From the NCBI RefSeq assembly GCF_009914755.1, contig NC_060927.1: a DNA stretch of 64,000 nt; one strand, 5' to 3'. The notes beneath the pieces were generated by a model. It did not search any database. It was not told the origin of the DNA and saw nothing but the letters and a program-made list of their open reading frames with translations. The stretch comes from the human T2T-CHM13v2.0 reference genome, Homo sapiens. How positions within the stretch are numbered: the first letter of the stretch is position 1; every line of letters starts with the position of its first letter. The position numbers and the translations under genes are program-made. Shown one piece after another: positions 58,175 through 64,000 of the stretch.

Positions 58175-59715
58175 GTCTGAAATGCAAGATTAAGCAGTTT
58201 GGGATTTATTAAACCAAAAAGTAAGCTTTCTTTCCCAATTTTGTTTAGGATTATTCCTTTTTTATATGTGGTTTTTAGGTATCTGTAAGAGCCAGCTAAA
58301 GTTTTAGCTAATTAGTCAGATATTGGCCTTTGCTATCAAATATTGTTGTCTCTGTCACGTGAAGGTGGTCTCTGAGTCATGCCTCAGTGTTGGGTTTATT
58401 ACACAGTTTAAAAAAAAGCCTACTGTGTCCATGCCATATTCATGACAAAGAGTTTATGCATCTCAGGACAGAATGAACTCTTTCATGTTTCCCTGAAGTT
58501 AATGGTTGACCAAATACTTCATGACCTTTGAAATAACACATGGCTTTAGAATGGCCCACTATTCAAAATTTATATCACATCTTTGGCGCCGTAAAGTTAT
58601 CAGACATTCACCTGTGGGGTCTGCCTTTAGAAATGGTCAGGAGAGTTTGATGTTACAAGTGTGCTTGTAATGTAGAAAAAAGGGAATCATGCTGATGCTC
58701 TTATTTGCTTTTTAACTTGTGGTCCTTCAAAGATGTACAGTTACTAATTTGGAGATTCAAATATGTTCTCCCCATAATCCCACTTTCTTTAATAACAGTT
58801 TTCTACTAGGTTGCTTTTATGGCTCCAAGTTCCTGATCTTATTTACTTTTCCACTGCAAATGCCAGAGACTCAGCTTCTGGGCCCTGATAAAGCTTTTGT
58901 GGCCTTAATTCTTGGCCTGACCTTCATTTCTTAGACCTCTGGCTGTGGAAAGCATTTCTTTGGCATTACATGTGCATAGAATTCAGGACTTGAAAGGGAG
59001 CAAGGAGGAAAGTTTCCACAGCAATTTGAAAAAGTAGCTTTTCTCACTTACAGTAATTCAGGAATGTACAAAATCCTTTAGCCAGAAATGGCCTGAAAAC
59101 GCAGAGGAGGTAAGCACAATGAACAGCCTGGAAATCAGAGTTTCTTCCTCTCTCTGTGCTGTGCTGGTGGCATGACAACTTACTTGTTCTCACAGGCTCC
59201 TTCAGTGCCTGGGGGCAGTTTCCTGCCTCAGGGTTAAAGGGCTGCCTTCCCCTCCTTACTCAGCTTCTGAAGCCAACAGGTCCACCTCCTGGTCCGTTTC
59301 TGAACCTGATACCTGCAGAAGGAAATTCATCAACAACCTCTCCCTGACTGTCAGGGTGACTTATAATGAGCTTCTTCTCCTTCTCCCAGATGGGGAGATT
59401 CCTGTCCTAGCCCAAAGACTTTTTTGGCTGGAAACCAGGTTGAGGCCTTAAATTGCCAGGAGAGCCAGCCTCCCTGGCCTGGTCCCAGCCCTTTGTGCTC
59501 ACCTTCCCCCTGCTGGTCTGACTTACAGGCTCCCATTTTGTGTCAGCTTCTCCTCTATCGGTGGGTGTGGGCCTAAGACTTAGGACCCCTTCCCTGGCTA
59601 ATTCTTATACCTCAGGCTGGAAGAGACTAGCTCCTGCATACCCAGCTGGATCTGGCTCTCCAGGTATGGTGATGTGCCCAGTAGGTTGGCAGGCTGTTTG
59701 GTTCTGACCACCTCT

Positions 59716-62700
59716 GGAATTAGTACTAGAATAATATGAAAACAGAAGACACCAAATAATTAAGTGATAAAAAGTTACAAAAACTGCTAAATGTAGTACC
59801 TAATCGATTATGGTCAAAGTCTTCCACTGATGTTGGAAAAATTATCTTAGCTACTCCAATCAAAATTCAAATATATCCAACAAAATCTCTTCCAAATCTT
59901 AAGCAAAATCCTTTAAAACCAGAAACTTTAGAAGGAATAAGATGTATAGTTTTAGACTATATAAAAGAGGCCTGATTATTCCCTGTACAACCCCATATAA
60001 CACTTCAGTCCTTCCTATAAGAAAACCAAATGGTAGAGGATGGAGGTTTGTGTGAGAACTTAGAGAAATTAATGATATTCCTCATCATCTGGTAGTGCCA
60101 AACCCCCATACGTTGTTGACTGTAATATCAACTAAAGGTAAATTCTTGGCTGGGCATAGTGGCTCATGCCTGTAATCCCAGCACTTTGAGAGGCTGAGGC
60201 AGGCAGATCACCTGAGGTCAAGAGTTCGAGACCAGCCTGGCCAATATGGCGAAACCCTGTCTCTACTAAAAATACAAAAATTAACTAGGTGTGGTGGCAT
60301 GCACCTGTGATTCCAGCTACTCAGGAGGCCGAGACAGGAGAATCACTTGAACCCAGGAGGCGGAGGTTGCAGTAAGCTGAGATTGCACCACTGCACTCCA
60401 GCCTGGGTGACAGAGCAAGACTCCATCTTAAAAAAAAATTATTTACTGTGATAAATTTATATAATACGTTCTTCAATATTCCTGTAGATAAAGACAATTT
60501 CTCTTTTCCTTCACTTGGGAAGACAGAAAATACACATGGAGAGTCATGCCTCAGGGATACACTAAGAGCCCTATTTATTTTTCACAAATATTAAAAGGTC
60601 TCTCAGATGTTGACTTCTGTAAGAAATCTATTTTAATGCAATACATAGATGATTTGCTTCTCTGCTTAGAGGATAGGCAAACCTCTATAGAGGATGAGAT
60701 TCACTTGTTATAACCATTAGCTCTAAAGGGACACAAGGCCTCAAAACAAAACACATTAGTTTTGTCACACAAAGATATTTGGGTAATTTAATATCAAAGG
60801 AAGGTCTTTTCATCCACCTAAACAGTATATTGGCCTTCCCTGACCCCCAAAACTATAAAACAACTAAAAAGATTTCTGGGGTGACAAGATACTATCAGAA
60901 TTAAATTTCAAACTTCTGCCTAAAAACTCAGCTTTTATATACTCTTCTGAACAAGATAAACTAGACCCCCTGAAATGGACTAAGGAAAATCAGTTAACAT
61001 TGAAAGAAGTTAAAAAAAGCTTTATAAATGCCCCAGCTTTGAGACACCCATGTTATGATATTCCATTTTCATTGTTTGTTCATGAAATCATACAATGCCT
61101 TAGGGCAGTCTAACACAAAAACATGCAGACCAAAACAGACCAGAAGGATACAAGACTCTGTGACTAAAAAATGGCCACCTTGCACGAGGACAATAACTGT
61201 TACTGCTCTATTAGTAAGAACAACTGAAGAAATAGTGATGGGCTTTCCCATCACTGTTTTTGTTCCACATTCTATGGAAGCACTTGTGAATTCACACCAC
61301 ACTCAACATTGTTCTATCAGCAGATTAGCTTCTTATGAAATTTCTCTTCTTTCTATACCTCACATTACAATCTCTAGGTGCAGTCATCTATACCCTGCCA
61401 CTCTTCTGCCTCTACCTTCAGATGAGATGCTGCATGGTTGCATAATCTTAAGCAACCAGCTTTGCTCTTCTAGAACAGACATACAAGAGATTCCTCTTAG
61501 TAACACTGATGTTATGTGGATTACAGATAGATCCTACTTAAAATTAAATCTGGAACTTATCGCACAGGTTACAGTACAATATCTTTAACTGAAAAAATAA
61601 AACCAGAAGTCACCTTGGCTCAACAAATAAGACGGATAACATTAATTAGGGCCTGTTAACTGACCAAAAAACTCTGCTAATATGCATACAGACAGCAGAG
61701 ATGCTTTCAGAATAGCTCAAAAATTTTAAGTGCTATAAAACAAAGATCTTCTGATCAATCCATTAAAAAAGATACCTTATCATACAATTGTTAAAAGCCA
61801 TATTATTACCAAAATGTCTGGTCATTATTAAAATCCCAGTTCATTCCAAATCAGATACTCCAAAAAACAGACAAAACACTAGCCAATAATATAGTCAAAA
61901 AAAGCTGCTCTAAATACATCTAAACAATAAAATAAACAATCTATATTAACTTCAATCTATATTAACTTCTAATATCAGTGACCTAAAGAACATTAAATTT
62001 GACATGAAACTTTTTAAGTATAGAACTCCAAAATCCAAGCAAGCAAGCAAAAAACTAAACAGAAGGAGGAACATATCCTCCCAAAGATGAGGTATATGGG
62101 CCAATGCACCTATACTTCCTGCTACATTTCAGTCATCATTTGTAAACCTACATATATGACTTAACTCACTGGAGTCCTGATAAAATAGTTGAGAAAAATG
62201 GTATTTCTAAAACATTTCTCCAGCCATAGATCATAAGATATATAATGACTATCACATTTGCCCAAAATGTAATAAAAAAATTTATACAGTTCCCAAAGAC
62301 GTTTTCCCCTTCCTAAAGGCCCCTTTGCAGCATGACACTTAGATTTTATTCAGCTACCACCATCACAAGAATGCAAATGTGTTCTAATGGTGATTTACAT
62401 ATTTTGTCATTGGATCATAACATTTCTACATGGAAGAACAAAGGCCTTAACAGTAAGTAAAATTATCTTTAAAAAATTATTCTAACTCGAGGAACTCCCC
62501 TGGAACTTCTTAGCAACAGAGGCACTTGCTTTACTAGACAGACAATTCAATCAGTACAATCAGTATATAAAATCTGGCTCGTCCTCCAACATATCCATTA
62601 TACTTATTATCCCCAGTCATCTGGTTAGTAAAAAACACAAACTAAATAATAAAACTCAATTGACAAAATTAACTGAGGCTTTAAAAATTCCTTGGCCAAA

Positions 62701-63090
62701 AGCTCTTCCATTGATTTTGTATAACCTAAGATCAACCCCTTTTAATAGACATCAGTTGTCTCCATTTAAAATTATAACAGATAAACCTATAAAATTCACT
62801 CAAAAAATTATACATCTCTGATATTAAATGGAGACATATTCAACTATTACAATGGCAGCTAACTAAAAATTATATACTAATAAAAAATTATTTTCATGGT
62901 GAGCTTCTGGGAGACAAAAATTTAAAGACCATGAATTTCAACCAAGAGATTTTATTTACTAAAAGCAGTATCTTTTAAAAGACTCTCTCCAACCAAAGTA
63001 AAAGGGATCTTATCAGGTAATTCTTACTAGTAACCCTTGCACTGCAAAATTAGAAGACATAGACTGTTAAATTCATATATCTTATCTCCT
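59716..63090 (+). mobile_element. Class I (gamma-like) ERV pol remnant: RT-RNaseH-IN, many stops and frameshifts
   Basis: Motifs read in frame: [50 protein letters not shown] (60639-60662), GHKAS, WITDRSY, LDFIQLP, PQSSG, WPKALPL..LRSTP, KGSYQV. No 5' LTR or gag recognised. Confidence 0.9.
60148..60438 (+). mobile_element. Alu (AluSx/Sz-like) inserted in ERV pol
   Basis: Full dimer; imperfect TSD aaattctt / aaattatt. Confidence 0.95.
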
Positions 63091-63239
63091 AAATAGATGA
63101 TTTCACCAGAAGGTAATCTTCATTATTAGATAGGTCAATGCCAGGCCAAAAAAAAAATGACATCTGAGACAGCCAACCTTCCCAAGACACTAGACCAGGC
63201 CCAAATCTAAACAAATCGTTGATATTAATAATCGTTAAT

Positions 63240-64000
63240 AGATGAAAAATATTTTCTTTTATAAGTTCCCATTAAATTTATTTCTTTTCACCCCTCCCCT
63301 AATTCTTATGTTTTAATGCTACTATTATCAACTGTTACCTATAACAAAATCTCTTCTTACAGTGGGCACAAGACTATGCTAATAGCCAAAAAAAAGACAC
63401 TTGCTAGTTATGTGGCCCCATGCCCTTTCTAGGGGTTCTGTCCTACCATGATAGACATCTCCTCTCCAAAGACTAAATAAAATATCAAAAATATATCTTT
63501 GTTTTTCAAGAACAGTCACCAGTACTTAGAACTGATATGTCTAAAGATAATATATATCACTCATCTATTAATGAAACCTTACAAAATAAGACATTAAAAA
63601 TTTTTCAATAAAAACCCCAGTTCATTAGCTTTAACAGTGGCACTGCTCCAACTAAGAGGTAAGACAGTAACACTGTCTCAACTAAAAGATAAGACAGCTC
63701 AATTCAAGATGATACAACACAAATTATGGACAATTTTATCTGATTTGCTTGCTCCTCTGGCCAGCTTAGTCAGCTTATCCTTTTATATTGAGAACAAAAA
63801 AAAAAAAAATCACACCAAAGATACCTGGCCAACTAACACTAAGAAAATAAAATACATACCCCCCAAACAGTATATTCATGCCATTATATTACAAAGTACT
63901 GATTGACATGCCACTAAATAGACACAATGAACAAGCATTTATTGGCTAGCTCCAAAAAGAACACCTTGGCTGTGTGATACCAATCTATGGCCATAGTTAC
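63240..64000 (+). pseudogene. ERV env SU N-terminal remnant (resembles HERV-R(b)/PABL-type envelopes)
   Basis: Hydrophobic leader-like stretch, then NLFLQWAQDYANS..TC*LCGPMP..LP**TSPLQ. This parallels NVFLQWAHSYADG..CWVCGSLP..LPWWVSPLQ as I recall it for ERVPABLB-1. Confidence 0.7.

Noticed and set aside
61055-61588. 177-aa ORF as a functional gene
   Set aside because: Fragment of ERV pol tether/RNase H (..WITDRSY) bounded by frameshifts.

Overview
Primate (most likely human) genomic DNA, intronic and very repeat-rich; no prokaryotic features. The only host coding sequence I can support is the first coding exon of MYRIP (Slac2-c/exophilin-8) on the + strand: exon 48168-48307, ATG at 48198, 110 coding nt, [36 protein letters not shown]. 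The six-frame ORF track misses it. The rest is retroelement-derived. There is a nested stack of old L1s (1-15410). A near full-length L1PA3/4-type element on the - strand (19725-25880) has a 13-bp TSD, a short 3' transduction, the ZNF93-bound 129-bp 5'UTR segment and an extended ORF0 pointing toward the MYRIP exon. A second young L1 (32704-37079) has a twin-priming 5' inversion and an in-frame ORF2 deletion. There are also about nine Alus, MIR/L2/MLT/MER fragments, and a class I ERV pol-env remnant (about 59716-64000) with an APOBEC3-like G-to-A signature. I did not find a convincingly new biological system. The most interesting signals are the two inverted young L1s that share many non-consensus substitutions despite different 3' ends (possible gene conversion), the L1 antisense promoter/ORF0 geometry relative to the MYRIP start exon, the 3' transduction, the hypermutated ERV, and several template-switch scars. 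Subfamily names and consensus comparisons come from recalled consensus sequences, not from a search, and boundaries of old repeats are approximate.
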